This document shows, piece by piece, positions 9,366 through 18,956 of a DNA stretch of 64,000 nucleotides. A program made the position numbers and the translations under genes. Under the pieces are notes generated by a model. That model was not told the origin of the DNA and did not search any database. It worked only from the letters and a program-made list of their open reading frames with translations. The stretch is from an uncultured Victivallales bacterium (lineage in GTDB: Bacteria > Verrucomicrobiota > Kiritimatiellia > UBA8416 > CAYRKB01): contig CAYRKB010000001.1 in assembly GCA_964424705.1 (NCBI GenBank), positions 22,575 to 86,574 on the forward strand, given 5' to 3'. Each line of letters starts with the position of its first letter. The stretch's first letter is position 1.

Positions 9366-9968
9366 ATGGATCGACCGGGCATGGAGCTGCGGCTTCCGGC
9401 GTGGGTGGGCGAGGTGCTCTCCCGCTGCGGAGACACCTATTTCTCGCAGGAGGACCGCATGGGGCTGGTCCTCCGCCTGGCGGAGGAGAACGCGCGGCGG
9501 GCGACCGGCGGGCCTTTTGCCGCCGCCGTGTTTGAGGTGGAGAGCGGGCGACTCGTGGCGCCCGGGGTGAACATGGTTGTGCCCGCGCGCTGCTCAAGCG
9601 CGCACGCGGAGATTGTCGCGCTGTCGGCTGCGCAGCAGCGTCTCGGCACGTTCGACCTGGGCGCGGCAGGCCTGCCGGCGCACGAGCTGGTCGCCAGCGC
9701 CGAGCCCTGCGCCATGTGCATGGGGGCGGTGCCGTGGTCGGGCGTGCGGCGGCTGGTGTGCGGCGCGCGGGGCGACGATGTCTGCTGCATCGGCTTTGAC
9801 GAGGGCGCGAAGCCGGCCGACTGGGTCCGGGCTCTGAAATCGCGCGGCATCGAGGTGCGGCGCGACGTCCTTCGCGCGGAGGCCGCCGCCATCCTGCAGC
9901 GCTACGCGGCGGCGGGCGGGCAGATCTACAATGGCAGCCGGGCCGGGGCTGCGGGCGCGCCCGAGTAG
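9366..9968 (+). CDS. CMP/dCMP-deaminase-fold nucleoside deaminase (TadA/GuaD-like)
   Basis: The zinc-ligand motifs HAE(IVAL) ... PCAMCMGA are present. ATG at 9366 lies 2 nt after the thermonuclease stop. The first part of track ORF 9144..9968 is an out-of-frame overlap with the upstream gene. Confidence 0.75.
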   Translation: MDRPGMELRLPAWVGEVLSRCGDTYFSQEDRMGLVLRLAEENARRATGGPFAAAVFEVESGRLVAPGVNMVVPARCSSAHAEIVALSAAQQRLGTFDLGAAGLPAHELVASAEPCAMCMGAVPWSGVRRLVCGARGDDVCCIGFDEGAKPADWVRALKSRGIEVRRDVLRAEAAAILQRYAAAGGQIYNGSRAGAAGAPE

Positions 9969-10056
9969 CGCCGTCCTCGAATGATAGACAGTTTCCTGGA
10001 AGTCCTCTATCATTCGCCTGCGTGGGAATATGCCGCAAGCTGCCTGAAAGGATGCC

Positions 10057-11235
10057 ATGCTGTATCGCCGATTCGGAAAGACCGGGCTGAACATGCCTGT
10101 GCTCACGTGCGGGGGAATGCGCTACCAGCAGTCCTGGCAGGACATCGATCCGAAGGATCTTGACGCGAAGGTGCAGGACAACGTCGCCGCCACCGTGCGG
10201 GCCGCGTACGCCGCCGGCATCAACCACATTGAAACGGCGCGCGGCTACGGCTCCAGCGAGTACCACCTCGGGTTCGTGCTCCCCGAGCTGCCCCGCGACA
10301 AGATCATCGTGCAGACAAAAGTCGGCCCGAAGGCCAGCGAGTCGGAATTCCGGGCGACGTTCGAGACGTCGCTGCGGCACCTGCGCCTGGCGCGGGTCGA
10401 CCTGCTCAGCGTGCACGGCCTCAACACGCGCGAGTTGCTGGCGGAGACGCTGACGAAGGGGACGCTCAAGGCCTGCCGCAAGCTTCAGGACGAGGGGCTT
10501 GTCGGCCACGTGGGCTTCTCCTCGCACGGCCCGCTCGACGCGGTGCGCGCCGCCGTTGAGACGGGCGAGTTCAGCTATGTCAACCTGCACTGGTACTATT
10601 TCGACCAGCAGAACGGGCCTGCGATCGAGGCCGCGCGCGCCCGTGACATGGGCGTGTTCGTGATCAGCCCCTCGGACAAAGGCGGCAAGCTCTATGCGCC
10701 GCCGGCGAAGCTGGCGCGCTTGTGCGCCCCGCTGGCGCCGATGACGTTCAACGACCTCTTCTGTCTTTCGCGGCCCGAGGTGCACACCCTGAGCATCGGC
10801 GCCGCGCGCCCTTCCGACTTTGACGCGCACCTCGCCGCCCTGCCGCACCTCGCCGACCCCGGGAGCGCCCTGCGCCCGGTGCTGCAGCGGCTGCAGGAGG
10901 AGGGGCGCCGCTGCCTCGGCGCGGAGTGGTATGATCACTGGTCCGAGGGCCTGCCGCCGGTCGTGAACATCCCGCAGCCCGTGCCGCTCTATCACATCCT
11001 GCGCCTGTTCAACCTCGTCAAGGCGTTCGACATGCTGGAGTTCGGGCAGATGCGCTACAACCTGCTCGGCGGCGCCGACCACTGGTTTCCGGGCCACAAG
11101 GCCGCGGAGTTCGACAAGGCCATGCTGCTCGCCGCCCTGAAGGGCTATCGCTTTGCCGACCAGGTTCCGGACCGCCTGCGGGAGGCCCACAGCCTTCTTA
11201 ACGGCGAAGACAAACAGCGCCTGAGCAAATCATGA
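10057..11235 (+). CDS. aldo/keto reductase family oxidoreductase
   Basis: The AKR N-terminal signature MLYRRFGKTGLNMPVLTCGGMRY, a GINHIETARGYG-type motif and a (beta/alpha)8 layout are present. At 392 aa it carries a C-terminal extension. Confidence 0.85.
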   Translation: MLYRRFGKTGLNMPVLTCGGMRYQQSWQDIDPKDLDAKVQDNVAATVRAAYAAGINHIETARGYGSSEYHLGFVLPELPRDKIIVQTKVGPKASESEFRATFETSLRHLRLARVDLLSVHGLNTRELLAETLTKGTLKACRKLQDEGLVGHVGFSSHGPLDAVRAAVETGEFSYVNLHWYYFDQQNGPAIEAARARDMGVFVISPSDKGGKLYAPPAKLARLCAPLAPMTFNDLFCLSRPEVHTLSIGAARPSDFDAHLAALPHLADPGSALRPVLQRLQEEGRRCLGAEWYDHWSEGLPPVVNIPQPVPLYHILRLFNLVKAFDMLEFGQMRYNLLGGADHWFPGHKAAEFDKAMLLAALKGYRFADQVPDRLREAHSLLNGEDKQRLSKS

Positions 11236-12449
11236 AACGGGGCTTTCTCGATAAACTGATTGAGCGGCTGGACCGGCTGGATCCAGCCAGCCTGCAGACG
11301 CACTTCCTTCGCCTTGCCCAGGAGCGCGGGCTGCTGGAGACTATCTTCCAGTCGATCCAGGAAGGGGTGGTGGTGATCGATGCCGGGGGGCGCCTGAGCT
11401 ACGCCAACCGCGCCGCGGAGCATCTGCTGGGATTCTCTTTCGAGTCCGCGCAGGGCCGCCCGGTGGCCGGCTACATCCGCGATATTGACTGGGATCGCAT
11501 CCTCAAGCTCGATGCCGGCGAATGGTCGAAGCTCATCACGCACGAAATCGAGATTACCTATCCGCAGCACCGCTATGTCAGCTTCTACGTCGTGCCCCTG
11601 CTGACCACCGAGCCCGTCTCGGAGGAGGGCGCGGTCGTGATCCTGCGCGATGTCACGCACGACCGCATTCACGAGGCGAGCCTGCTGGAGTCCGAGCGGC
11701 TCAACGCCATCAAGCTGCTGGCGGCGGGCGTCGCGCACGAGATCGGCAATCCGCTCAACGCGCTGCACATTCACCTTCAGCTGCTTGAGCGCGAGCTGCA
11801 GGTGCTCAAGAAGCCCGCGCGGGAGCCGCTGGCCGAGCTGGTGCGGGTGGCCCGCAACGAGGTCTCGCGGCTCGACCTGATCATTGCGCAGTTCCTGCGT
11901 GCGATCCGCCCCTCGAAGCCCAAGTTCGCCCTGGCGCAGATCGAGACCATCCTGCGCGAGGTCCTGGTGCTGATGCAGCAGGAGATCAAGGACCGCGGCG
12001 TCACGGTCGAGGTGGGCGCGCAGGCCCCGCTGCCCAAGACCCGCGTGGACAGGAATCAGATCAAGCAGGTCTTCTTCAACCTCATCAAGAATGCCTCGCA
12101 GGCCATGCCCGGCGGCGGCATCTTGCGAATCACCCTTTCCGCCACGGATCAGTTCTACGGGATTTCGTTTCAGGATACGGGGTGCGGCATCAAGCCGGAG
12201 GATTTCGGGCACATTTTTGACGCGTACTACACGACGAAGGCGGAGGGCTCGGGCCTCGGGCTGATGATCGTTCAGCGGATCGTGCAGGAGCACGGCGGGC
12301 AGATCAAAGTGGTGAGCCTGCCGGAGAAGGGGACGAACTTCACGATCCTGCTGCCGCTGGCCGAGCGGCGAATCCGCCTCCTGAAGGCGCCCTTGGCGGC
12401 ATCGGGCGCCTACGATTTCGAGCCCCCGGGCGGGCAGGCCGGGGAGTGA
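11232..12449 (+). CDS. sensor histidine kinase (PAS - HisKA - HATPase_c; NtrB/AtoS-like)
   Basis: The H-box is HEIGNPLNALHIHLQLLE. The N/G boxes NLIKNASQAM...GGG and GSGLGL are present, with a PAS-like N-terminus. The start overlaps the AKR stop (ATGA). Confidence 0.85.
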   Translation: MKRGFLDKLIERLDRLDPASLQTHFLRLAQERGLLETIFQSIQEGVVVIDAGGRLSYANRAAEHLLGFSFESAQGRPVAGYIRDIDWDRILKLDAGEWSKLITHEIEITYPQHRYVSFYVVPLLTTEPVSEEGAVVILRDVTHDRIHEASLLESERLNAIKLLAAGVAHEIGNPLNALHIHLQLLERELQVLKKPAREPLAELVRVARNEVSRLDLIIAQFLRAIRPSKPKFALAQIETILREVLVLMQQEIKDRGVTVEVGAQAPLPKTRVDRNQIKQVFFNLIKNASQAMPGGGILRITLSATDQFYGISFQDTGCGIKPEDFGHIFDAYYTTKAEGSGLGLMIVQRIVQEHGGQIKVVSLPEKGTNFTILLPLAERRIRLLKAPLAASGAYDFEPPGGQAGE

Positions 12450-12486
12450 GCCGGAGCGCACAGCGGATCTCAATATCTAAGTCCAG

Positions 12487-13899
12487 GTGTTTGCCATGAA
12501 AGAGCCGAAGAAGAAGCCGGTTGTTCTGATTGTCGATGACGACAAGAACACGCGCGAGGGGCTGTCGCGCGCGCTGCGCGACGCCTACAACGTCCTGGCG
12601 GCGGACAACGGCGCTGCGGCGCTGGAGCTGCTGGGCGAACACCCCGTCGAGATTCTCCTGAGCGATGTCAGGATGCCCGGGATGGATGGCATTACGCTGC
12701 TGCAGCGCGCCCTGGCGCGCTGCCCCGGGCTGCTGTGCATTCTTCTGACGGCGTACGGTAACGTCGAGACGGCCGTGGAAGCGATGAAGCTGGGCGCGTA
12801 CGATTTTCTCATGAAGCCGGTGAATCTCGACCACCTCGATCTGCTGCTGAAGCGCTCTCTGCGGTCGCGGGACGTGGAGGCGGAGAACGCCACGCTGCGC
12901 GAGGAGCTCGATTCACGGTACGGGCTGGAGAGCATCCTGGGCGAGTCGCCGGTCATGCGTCAGCTCTTCGATGTGATCCGCCAGGCGGCCCCGACGCAGG
13001 CCACCGTGCTCATCCAGGGCGAAAGCGGGACCGGCAAGGAGTTGGTGGCGCATGCGATCCACCGCCTGAGCACGCGAAGCAAGGGGCCGTTCGTCGCGGT
13101 GCACTGCGCCGCGCTGGCGCCCAGCCTGCTGGAAAGCGAGCTGTTCGGCCACGAGAAGGGCGCGTTCACGAATGCGCTCGGGCGCCGCCGTGGCCGCTTT
13201 GAACTGGCGGACGGCGGGACGCTGTTCCTGGACGAAATCTCGGAGATTGAGCTCTCCGCGCAGGTGAAGCTGCTGCGCGTCCTCGAGGAGCGCCAGTTTG
13301 AGCGCGTGGGCGGCGACGAGACCGTGGAGGTGGATATCCGGCTCATTGCCGCCACGAATCGCAACCTGAAGAAGCGCGTGGAGGAAGGCAAGTTCCGCGA
13401 GGATCTGTTCTTCCGCCTCGACGTGGTGGACATCACCTTGCCCCCGCTGCGCGAGCGGAGCGAGGACATTCCGATCCTTTGCGACAGCTTTGTCCGGGAG
13501 TTTGCGGAGAAGAACCAGAAGCATCTGGAAGGCATCACGCCCGATGCGGTGCAGGTGCTCGCGGCGCATCCGTGGCCCGGCAACGTGCGGGAGCTGCGCA
13601 ACACGGTGGAGAAGATGGTGGTGCTCGGGCGTGGCCCGCGCCTGACCGCGCGCGATATTCCCGCCAGCATCCGCGACACGGTGCGGGACGCGGCGCCGGG
13701 CCTGCTGCCCCAGCGGCGCACGGTGGTGGCGGTGGGCGAGTCGCTCGCCGCCACGGAGAAGGCGATGATCATGGCCGCGCTCCTGAAGCATGGCGACAAC
13801 AAGACCAAGGCCGCGCAGGAGCTCGGGCTCAGCCGCCGCACGCTGCACCGCAAAATCAGGGAGTACAAGGCGGAACTCTCCGCCGGCCCATCGGCCTGA
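12487..13899 (+). CDS. sigma-54-dependent response regulator (NtrC family)
   Basis: The receiver domain is VLIVDDDKNTREGL...D. Walker A GESGTGKE, an intact GAFTNA/GAFTGA-type segment (EKGAFTNALGRRRGRFELADGGTLFLDEI), an arginine finger and a C-terminal Fis-type HTH (LGLSRRTLHRKIREY) are all present. Confidence 0.9.
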   Translation: MFAMKEPKKKPVVLIVDDDKNTREGLSRALRDAYNVLAADNGAAALELLGEHPVEILLSDVRMPGMDGITLLQRALARCPGLLCILLTAYGNVETAVEAMKLGAYDFLMKPVNLDHLDLLLKRSLRSRDVEAENATLREELDSRYGLESILGESPVMRQLFDVIRQAAPTQATVLIQGESGTGKELVAHAIHRLSTRSKGPFVAVHCAALAPSLLESELFGHEKGAFTNALGRRRGRFELADGGTLFLDEISEIELSAQVKLLRVLEERQFERVGGDETVEVDIRLIAATNRNLKKRVEEGKFREDLFFRLDVVDITLPPLRERSEDIPILCDSFVREFAEKNQKHLEGITPDAVQVLAAHPWPGNVRELRNTVEKMVVLGRGPRLTARDIPASIRDTVRDAAPGLLPQRRTVVAVGESLAATEKAMIMAALLKHGDNKTKAAQELGLSRRTLHRKIREYKAELSAGPSA

Positions 13900-13922
13900 G
13901 GGTCTGGCGGGGATGCATCGCA

Positions 13923-13941
13923 GGGCGCGCGCCGCGCGCCC
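13923..13941. terminator. GC-rich perfect palindrome gggcgcgcg-ccg-cgcgcgccc between convergent genes; candidate bidirectional terminator
   Basis: A 9-bp perfect inverted repeat with a 1-nt loop lies in the 53-nt gap between the NtrC-family gene (+) and cmk (-). There is no clear U-tract, which is common in high-GC genomes. Confidence 0.35.
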
Positions 13942-13952
13942 GGATCGCGGGC

Positions 13953-14618
13953 TCAGGATGCCCGCACGCGCTCAAGGATAAGGGCCACGACCTGGTCGAT
14001 ACCCAGCGCCGTGGAATCGATGACCACGGCGCCCGGGGCAACGCGCAGCGGCGCGGCCGCGCGGGAGCTGTCCATCCGATCGCGCCGCTGCAGCGACTGC
14101 GCGACCGTGTCCACGTTCGAGGCGGGCGCGGCGGCGGAGACTTCCTGGTGCCTGCGGCGTGCGCGTTCCTCGGGCGATGCGTCGAGGTAGAACTTGTGCG
14201 GGGCGTCGGGGAAAACGACGGTGCCGATGTCGCGCCCCTCGATCACCAGCGGCCCGAACTGCGTTGCGCGGTGAAGGAGCTGCCCGACCCGGGCGCGGAT
14301 CTCCGGAACGGCCGAAACCGGGCTGACGGCCTCGGTCACATCCTGGCCCCGGAGTTCCAGGCCCGGATCCTTCGCGCCGATCGTGAACCGCACCGCGCCC
14401 TCTTCCAGGCGCAGTGCGATTTCCAGGCCGTTGAGCATCTGCACGAGCGCCGCAGGCTGCCGCACATCCACGCCCTGCCTCAGGGCATGCCAGGTGATTC
14501 CGCGGTACAGGGAGCCGGAATCGACGTATACTCGTCGCAGCGCCGAGGCAACGCGGCGCGCCACGGTGGATTTTCCGGATGCGGAGGGCCCGTCGACGGC
14601 AATGACAGAGTGGTTCAT
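13953..14618 (-). CDS. cmk: cytidylate kinase
   Basis: The P-loop is IAVDGPSASGKST and the length is 221 aa. The ATG is 2 nt downstream of the aroA stop. The track ORF 13953..15500 is an in-frame run-through into aroA antisense. Confidence 0.9.
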   Translation of the reverse strand: MNHSVIAVDGPSASGKSTVARRVASALRRVYVDSGSLYRGITWHALRQGVDVRQPAALVQMLNGLEIALRLEEGAVRFTIGAKDPGLELRGQDVTEAVSPVSAVPEIRARVGQLLHRATQFGPLVIEGRDIGTVVFPDAPHKFYLDASPEERARRRHQEVSAAAPASNVDTVAQSLQRRDRMDSSRAAAPLRVAPGAVVIDSTALGIDQVVALILERVRAS

Positions 14619-14620
14619 CG

Positions 14621-15940
14621 TCAGCCGCCCCGCGTCAGATTTTGCAGGTCCTGCCAGAAGGCCGGGTAGGACGTGGCAATGCAATCCACGTGAAGGATTC
14701 GCACCGGCGCGTCGGCGCTGAGGGCCAGCAGCGCGGCGCACATTGCGATGCGGTGGTCGCCGAGGCTGTCGATTTCCGCGCCGCCCCGCATGTGGCGGGC
14801 GCCGCGGATAATCATGCCGTCGGGGGTCTCTTCCACGGGCACCCCGAAGGCGCGCAGCGCAGCCGCCATCGCGGCGATGCGATCCGATTCCTTGTGGCGC
14901 AGTTCGGAGGCATCGCGGATGACCGTCACCCCTTCGGCCATGGCGGCGGCCACGGCGGCGCAGGGCAGCTCGTCGATCAGGTTTGAAATCTCGTCGCCGG
15001 CGATCACGGTGCCCGCCAGGTGCCGTCCGCGCACGCTGATGGTTCCCACCGGCTCGCCGCCCTCTCCGGAGGAGGCCTGCGCGCTTACTTCTACATCGGC
15101 GCCCATGCGCCGCAGAACATCGAGAAAGGCCGTTCGCCGCGGGTTCAGTCCGACTCCTTCGATGACAACGCGCGCGCCTTCGCGGCAGGCGGCGGCTGTC
15201 AGCCAGAATGCGGCGGATGAGAAATCGCCCGGCACCACCCAGTTCCGGGCGCGCAGCGCCGGGGCGCCGCCCCCGCAGCCGTCCACGGAGATCGTGTTTC
15301 CCTGCGCGGCGACAGGAATGCCGGCCGCGCGGAGCATGCGCTCCGTGTGGTCCCGCGTGGGAGAGGGCTCGATCACGGTCGTTCGCCCGTCGGCGAACAG
15401 GCCGGCGAGCAAGACGCAGGATTTTACCTGGGCCGAGGCCATCGGCATGGCATATTCGATGCCGTGCAGGCGCCCGCCGGTGATGCGGACCGGCGCGCAC
15501 CCGTTGGCTCCGAGCAGTTCCACCCGGGCGCCCATGGTTTGGAGCGGGTCCTGAATGCGGCGCATCGGGCGCGAGCGCAGCGACGCGTCACCGGTCAGCG
15601 TGGCACCGAACGGCTGGCCGGCGAGAATGCCGGCGAGAAGACGCATGCTGGTGCCGGAATTGCCCATGTCCAGGACCGCCGCGGGGGCGCGGAGTCCTTG
15701 CGTGGCGCCGCGGATGTACAGCACGGAGCCCGCGCGGCGCGCCGTGGCGCCCATGGCCTCCATGGCCCGGAGGGTGTTCAGGCAGTCTTCGCCGTCGAGG
15801 AACCCCTCGACCGTGGATTCGCCTGCGGCAAGCGCGGAGAGCATCACGGCGCGATGCGATATGCTCTTGTCGCCGGGCACGCGGAGCGTGCCGGCTAATG
15901 GGGGCGCCGGTTCAACGACGCGCTGGTCCCCGTTGTTCAT
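14621..15940 (-). CDS. aroA: 3-phosphoshikimate 1-carboxyvinyltransferase (EPSP synthase)
   Basis: The N-terminus ...LRVPGDKSISHRAVMLSALAAGESTVEGFL... is the EPSP-synthase signature, and the length is 439 aa. Confidence 0.9.
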   Translation of the reverse strand: MNNGDQRVVEPAPPLAGTLRVPGDKSISHRAVMLSALAAGESTVEGFLDGEDCLNTLRAMEAMGATARRAGSVLYIRGATQGLRAPAAVLDMGNSGTSMRLLAGILAGQPFGATLTGDASLRSRPMRRIQDPLQTMGARVELLGANGCAPVRITGGRLHGIEYAMPMASAQVKSCVLLAGLFADGRTTVIEPSPTRDHTERMLRAAGIPVAAQGNTISVDGCGGGAPALRARNWVVPGDFSSAAFWLTAAACREGARVVIEGVGLNPRRTAFLDVLRRMGADVEVSAQASSGEGGEPVGTISVRGRHLAGTVIAGDEISNLIDELPCAAVAAAMAEGVTVIRDASELRHKESDRIAAMAAALRAFGVPVEETPDGMIIRGARHMRGGAEIDSLGDHRIAMCAALLALSADAPVRILHVDCIATSYPAFWQDLQNLTRGG

Positions 15941-16806
15941 GGCTCGTTTCCTTTCGCGCGCGGGCCGACGGCGGAGCGCTTGGCTCGCGCTGCGGCCAGG
16001 AACTCGCGCAGCGAGTCGAACTCGCCTCGCTGCACCATTTCCTGCACGCGATGCAGCGCCTTCTCAAAATCCTCCAGGGCCTGGCCCACTGCGGCGCGGT
16101 TGGTCTTGACGATGTCGTGCCAGATCTCTTCCGAGCCTGCGGCGATGCGCGTCGTATCCCTGAATCCGGTGCCGCAGAAATCCGCCCCGAAATCGCCCTC
16201 CGCCGCGTGGATGCTTTCTACGAGCATCGCGGCGACGAGATGCGGAAGGTGGCTGGTGCGCGCGATGATGCGGTCGTGCCGGGCGGGATCCATGACCGAT
16301 ACGCGCGCCCCGAGATCGCGCCAGAAGGCGGCGACGGCTTCGACCGACGTGCCCGAGGTGCGGCCCGGGGCGACGACCACCATGGCGCCGTGGTAGAGGT
16401 CCGAACGCGCCGATTCCAACCCCGTCTGCTCCGAGCCACAGATGGGATGACTTCCCACGAAGTGGACCGGCAGGCCGCTGAATATGCTGTCAAGGGCGGC
16501 CACGAGCTCTTTTTTGGTGCTGGCCACGTCGGTCACGACGGCGCCGGCCTTGAGATGGTCGCGGCATTGCATGGCGGCGGCGGGTATGGCCAGCACGGGC
16601 AGGCAGAATATAACGAGGTCCGCGTCGCGCACGGCGTCCTCCGGCGTGGCGAAGACTTCATCCGCCGCAGCCAGGCGCAAGGCCAGCGCGCGGGTTTCCG
16701 GGCGGCGCGCGCACGCGGCGATGGTCCACGGCAGCCGGCGCTGCCGCACGGCCATGCCGAGCGCCCCTCCCATCAGTCCCAAACCAACAATGGCCAGCCG
16801 CTTCAC
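15937..16806 (-). CDS. tyrA: prephenate/arogenate dehydrogenase
   Basis: The Rossmann motif is IVGLGLMGGALG. The PDH catalytic region ...GSHPICG... is present. The gene overlaps the aroA start by 4 nt. Confidence 0.85.
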   Translation of the reverse strand: MKRLAIVGLGLMGGALGMAVRQRRLPWTIAACARRPETRALALRLAAADEVFATPEDAVRDADLVIFCLPVLAIPAAAMQCRDHLKAGAVVTDVASTKKELVAALDSIFSGLPVHFVGSHPICGSEQTGLESARSDLYHGAMVVVAPGRTSGTSVEAVAAFWRDLGARVSVMDPARHDRIIARTSHLPHLVAAMLVESIHAAEGDFGADFCGTGFRDTTRIAAGSEEIWHDIVKTNRAAVGQALEDFEKALHRVQEMVQRGEFDSLREFLAAARAKRSAVGPRAKGNEP

Positions 16807-16822
16807 GCCCCCGTCCTCCTCG

Positions 16823-17938
16823 TCAGGTCTGCTTCACCGTCAACACGAGGCGCAGCGCCTCGACGAATTTCCTGTTCTCGGCTGCGGCGCCCACGGTGAT
16901 TCGCAGGTACTCGGGCAGCCCGTACGGGTCCATCGGCCGCACGATGATCCCCTCGCGCAGGAGAAGATCGAAGATTTCGCGGCCTTTCCCGACTTTGACG
17001 AGAATGAAGTTGGCCACGGCCGGCACATAGTCCAATCCCATGGTGTCGAACGCGCCCTGCAGATAGGCGAGGCCCTCCTGCACCATGAGGCGCGTGCGCT
17101 CGACATGTTCGTCGTCGGCGAGGGCTGCCTCTGCCGCGGCGAGCGCCATGGCGTTGACGTTGAACGGCTGCCGTACGCGGTTGAGAAGCTCCAGGCAGGG
17201 CGGGGGGGCGATAGCGTAGCCTATGCGCAAGCCGGCGAGGCCGTAGGTCTTGGAGAAGGTGCGCAGCACAATGACGTTGCGCTGCCCGCGCACGTAGCGC
17301 AGGCAGTCGGGCTGCGCAGCGGGTGGGATCAGCTCGATGTACGCCTCGTCAAAGCACACGATCACGTCCTCCGGCACGCGCGCCATGAACCGCTCAATTG
17401 CCCCGGCGTCCACCATGGTGCTGGTGGGGTTGTTCGGGTTGCCGATGAACACGATCTTCGTGTCCGGGCGGATGGCGGCGAGCATGGCGTCAAGGTCATG
17501 CGCGAAGTTGCGCATGGGCACCGCCACGACGTGCGCGCCGAAGCTCATGGCCACAAGCCGGTAGACCACAAACGCGCGGTCCGCCATGACGATGCTGCTG
17601 GATGGATTCAGGAACGCGTGCCCGAGGAGCTCGATCAATTCGTTGCTGCCGTGGCCCGGAAGGATCTGGTCCGTCTGGAGCCGCAATTTGTCGGCGAGGG
17701 CACGCCGAAGGTAGAACGCACCCCCGTCGGGATAAAGGTGCATGCGGCTCGCGCATTTGCGCATGGCCTTCAGGGCGAGTGGCGAGGGGCCCAGCGCATT
17801 CTCGTTCGAGGCCAGCTTGGTCACGTCCTCGGCGCCGTCGAACCCCATTTCCCGCGCCACTTCCTCGATGGGCCGCCCCGGCTCGTAGATGGCGAGGTTC
17901 TTCACATTCGGATTGGCAAGGTCGGCGAACGTTTTCAT
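16823..17938 (-). CDS. hisC: histidinol-phosphate/aromatic aminotransferase (class II PLP aminotransferase)
   Basis: The HisC-family layout is present, with a PLP lysine region ...FSKTYGLAGLRIGY. ATG at 17938 (MKTFADLANPN) is preferred over the track start at 18001, and it overlaps the chorismate-mutase stop by 4 nt. Confidence 0.85.
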   Translation of the reverse strand: MKTFADLANPNVKNLAIYEPGRPIEEVAREMGFDGAEDVTKLASNENALGPSPLALKAMRKCASRMHLYPDGGAFYLRRALADKLRLQTDQILPGHGSNELIELLGHAFLNPSSSIVMADRAFVVYRLVAMSFGAHVVAVPMRNFAHDLDAMLAAIRPDTKIVFIGNPNNPTSTMVDAGAIERFMARVPEDVIVCFDEAYIELIPPAAQPDCLRYVRGQRNVIVLRTFSKTYGLAGLRIGYAIAPPPCLELLNRVRQPFNVNAMALAAAEAALADDEHVERTRLMVQEGLAYLQGAFDTMGLDYVPAVANFILVKVGKGREIFDLLLREGIIVRPMDPYGLPEYLRITVGAAAENRKFVEALRLVLTVKQT

Positions 17939-18234
17939 GCCGGCTTCCTCTTGTGCGCGCGCTTTTCGCCGAATGCCGTTCGCGCCTGGACCTGCGTGCA
18001 CTTGTTGATGATCACCTCGTAGACGGCCTCGAGATGCTCGGGCGCCAGGGGGCCCTTGCCGGACTTGCGAATGCGCGCCAGAACCTGGCGCTCCCGGGTC
18101 GGGTCGAGGAGCGGCGCGCCGCAGCGGCGCTTTTCGGCTCCGATCTTCAGCGCGAGGGCCGCGCGCTGGTTGAGGATGCGCACCAGCCGCGTGTCGAGCA
18201 GGTCAATCTTTTGCCTGAGCTGGTCCAGCGTCAT
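17935..18234 (-). CDS. chorismate mutase (AroQ class)
   Basis: The 99-aa all-helical protein shows the AroQ pattern MTLDQLRQKIDLLDTRLVRILNQRAALALKIGAEKRR. Confidence 0.75.
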   Translation of the reverse strand: MTLDQLRQKIDLLDTRLVRILNQRAALALKIGAEKRRCGAPLLDPTRERQVLARIRKSGKGPLAPEHLEAVYEVIINKCTQVQARTAFGEKRAHKRKPA

Positions 18235-18940
18235 GGGCCTGTTCTCCTTCCGCAGCCTCCGCTATTTCCGGCGGGGCTTCCGCCCCGGGCGTTGCGCCGG
18301 GCGGTTCCGCCGCGGCCGCCGCCGGCCCGGTCGCGTGCTCGTTCTTGTCGGCTTCAATCATCTCGCGGCGCAGCATGGGCTCGAGATCCCCGAGTTCGTC
18401 GAGGCTGCGCAGTCCGAACTGTTCAAGAAACGTCTGCGTTGTGCCGTAGAGGAACGGCCGGCCCGGGAGATCGCTTCGTCCCACGATGCGCACGAGCTGC
18501 ATTTCCATGAGAAGCTTGAGGATGTGATCGATCGTTACGCCGCGGATGCCTTCAATCGTGATTTTCGTCACCGGCTGGCGGTAGGCGATGATCGCGAGCG
18601 TCTCCAGCGCCGGGCGAGACAGGCGGCTGGGCTTGCCGAGGTCAAGCAGATGCCGCAGCCAGGCGCCGCAGGCCGGGTCGCTCTCAAGGCGGAATCCGCC
18701 CGCCACTTCGCGCAGCACGAACCCCGCCCGCACCCGCTGCAAGTCGACGGCGAGCTCCTGCACGGCGGCCGCGACGTCCGCTTCGCGCACTTCGGCGAAA
18801 GGCGCCAGCGGCCCCTTCTGTTCTTCGGCCACGGCCACCACGCATTTTCGCATTTCGGCGATCTTTAGAGGGCGCTCCGCCCCGAAAATGATCGCGCCCA
18901 GGATCGTTTTCAACTCAGGAACCACGGAGACCTCTTCCAT
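18203..18940 (-). CDS. scpB: segregation and condensation protein B
   Basis: Two winged-helix ScpB repeats (...LETLAIIAYRQPVTKITIEGIRG...) are followed by an acidic Ala/Pro-rich tail. Confidence 0.85.
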   Translation of the reverse strand: MEEVSVVPELKTILGAIIFGAERPLKIAEMRKCVVAVAEEQKGPLAPFAEVREADVAAAVQELAVDLQRVRAGFVLREVAGGFRLESDPACGAWLRHLLDLGKPSRLSRPALETLAIIAYRQPVTKITIEGIRGVTIDHILKLLMEMQLVRIVGRSDLPGRPFLYGTTQTFLEQFGLRSLDELGDLEPMLRREMIEADKNEHATGPAAAAAEPPGATPGAEAPPEIAEAAEGEQAHDAGPAQAKD

Positions 18941-18956
18941 AGCGAGTGCCCTTCCT

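Noticed and set aside
9211-11190. 659-aa minus-strand ORF.
Many other long antisense ORFs are similar, for example 990..2138(-), 6202..7686(-), 11145..12473(-), 13479..14669(+), 16484..18022(+), 27052..28383(-), 28476..30137(-), 34160..35389(-), 37328..38821(-), 43670..45445(-), 51814..53256(+), 56888..58753(-) and 61225..62631(+).
   Set aside because: Each lies opposite a gene with clear family signatures. Their translations are Arg/Ala/Pro/Gly-rich low-complexity sequences typical of GC-driven shadow ORFs, and they have no RBS or recognisable motifs.
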